A DNA stretch of 64,000 nt, taken from an uncultured Planctomycetota bacterium (GTDB taxonomy: Bacteria > Planctomycetota > Planctomycetia > Isosphaerales > Isosphaeraceae). The translations under genes and the position numbers were made by a program. The notes below the pieces were generated by a model that was given only the letters and a program-made list of their open reading frames with translations, was not told the origin of the DNA and made no database searches. This document shows, piece after piece, positions 61,632 through 64,000 of this stretch. The DNA lies in assembly GCA_963823665.1 (NCBI GenBank), contig CAWGMQ010000011.1, forward strand, positions 704,001 to 768,000, read 5' to 3'. Numbering within the stretch: position 1 is the stretch's first letter; every line of letters starts with the position of its first letter.

Positions 61632-62528
61632 ATGGAAACGCGACGGTTCGGCAAGATGGACATGAAGGTGAGCCCGCTCGGCTTCGGCGGGGCTGAGATC
61701 GGTTTCGAGAAGCTTCAGGTCGACGCCGTGGCACGCCTCCTGGGCGGTGCCCTGGACGCCGGGCTCAACGTCATCGACACGGCCGAATGCTATCTTCAAA
61801 GCGAAGAGCTGATCGGCCAGGCCCTGGCCTCGCGGCGCAAGGAGTTCTGTCTCTTCACCAAATGCGGTCACCCCGAAGGGCCCTACAAGGAAGACTGGCG
61901 GCCCGATTCCCTGCTCCAGAGCATCCGGCGCAGCCTCCAGAGGCTCAAGACCGATCGCGTCGACCTGGTCCAGCTCCATAGCTGCTCGGAGGCCGAGCTC
62001 CGCCAGGGTGATGTCATCGCCGCGCTCCAGCGCGCCCGCGAGCTGGGCTACACGCGCTATATCGGATATTCCGGCGATGACGTCGCGGCCCGCTTCGCCG
62101 TCGGCTGCGGCGCATTCGACGCGCTGCAAACATCCCTCAGCATCGCCGATCAGCAGTCCATCGACCTCACGCTCCCCCTGGCCCGAGAGCGGGGAATGGG
62201 CGTGATTATCAAACGGCCGATCGCCAACGCCGTCTGGAAATACACTCAGAAGCCCGAGAACACCTACGTTCAGCCTTACTGGGAGCGCCTTCAGAAGCTC
62301 GACTACGACTTCTTGAAGGGCGACGCCAAGAAAACGGCGGCCGTCGCACTGGGGTTTGCCCTGCACTGCCACGGCGTGCACACCGCGATCGTCGGCACGA
62401 CCAAGCCCGACCGCTGGCGAGAAAACGCCGCGCTGCTTGAATCAGACCCCCTGCCCCACGAGCAGTTCCAGGCCATTCGCGCTCGCTGGCGCGAGGTCGC
62501 TTCCCCGGACTGGATCGGCCAGACCTGA
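61632..62528 (+). CDS. aldo/keto reductase
   Basis: LGFGG, IDTAECY, TKCG, SLQRLKTDRVDLVQLH. Confidence 0.92.
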   Translation: METRRFGKMDMKVSPLGFGGAEIGFEKLQVDAVARLLGGALDAGLNVIDTAECYLQSEELIGQALASRRKEFCLFTKCGHPEGPYKEDWRPDSLLQSIRRSLQRLKTDRVDLVQLHSCSEAELRQGDVIAALQRARELGYTRYIGYSGDDVAARFAVGCGAFDALQTSLSIADQQSIDLTLPLARERGMGVIIKRPIANAVWKYTQKPENTYVQPYWERLQKLDYDFLKGDAKKTAAVALGFALHCHGVHTAIVGTTKPDRWRENAALLESDPLPHEQFQAIRARWREVASPDWIGQT

Positions 62529-62532
62529 GAAG

Positions 62533-63980
<1,448 letters not shown>

Positions 63981-64000
63981 GGCGTCGCTTCCTCGCTTGC

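Overview
GC-rich bacterial DNA. The gene content points to a Planctomycete (inference): two DUF1501 genes, a LEPR-XLL-type N-terminus, ECF sigma/Ser-Thr kinase pairs, an arylsulfatase and a PEP-CTERM protein. At least a dozen otherwise intact genes are split by single frameshifts, most likely long-read indel errors, so I joined ORF pairs where the protein continues across frames. The window is an accessory signalling region with five Hanks-type kinases carrying TPR or WD40 sensor tails (one decayed) and four ECF sigma genes. The standout is an NLR-like DUF4062-NACHT protein (~49243-54085). Its C-terminus is 21 tandem 33-aa (99-bp) HEAT-like repeats, near-identical in DNA but with a hypervariable di-residue, and they appear to be shuffled. 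Other notable items are a five-repeat protein of unknown function, a conserved structured leader in front of two RRM genes, a catalytically dead beta-lactamase-fold/DUF302 fusion, several REP/MITE-like palindromes (one in frame inside a kinase), and several junctions where gene fragments are fused back to back. Housekeeping-type genes include queF, yciH and a DUF62 SAM hydrolase. No rRNA, tRNA or CRISPR array was seen. All family assignments are by motif recognition, not database search.
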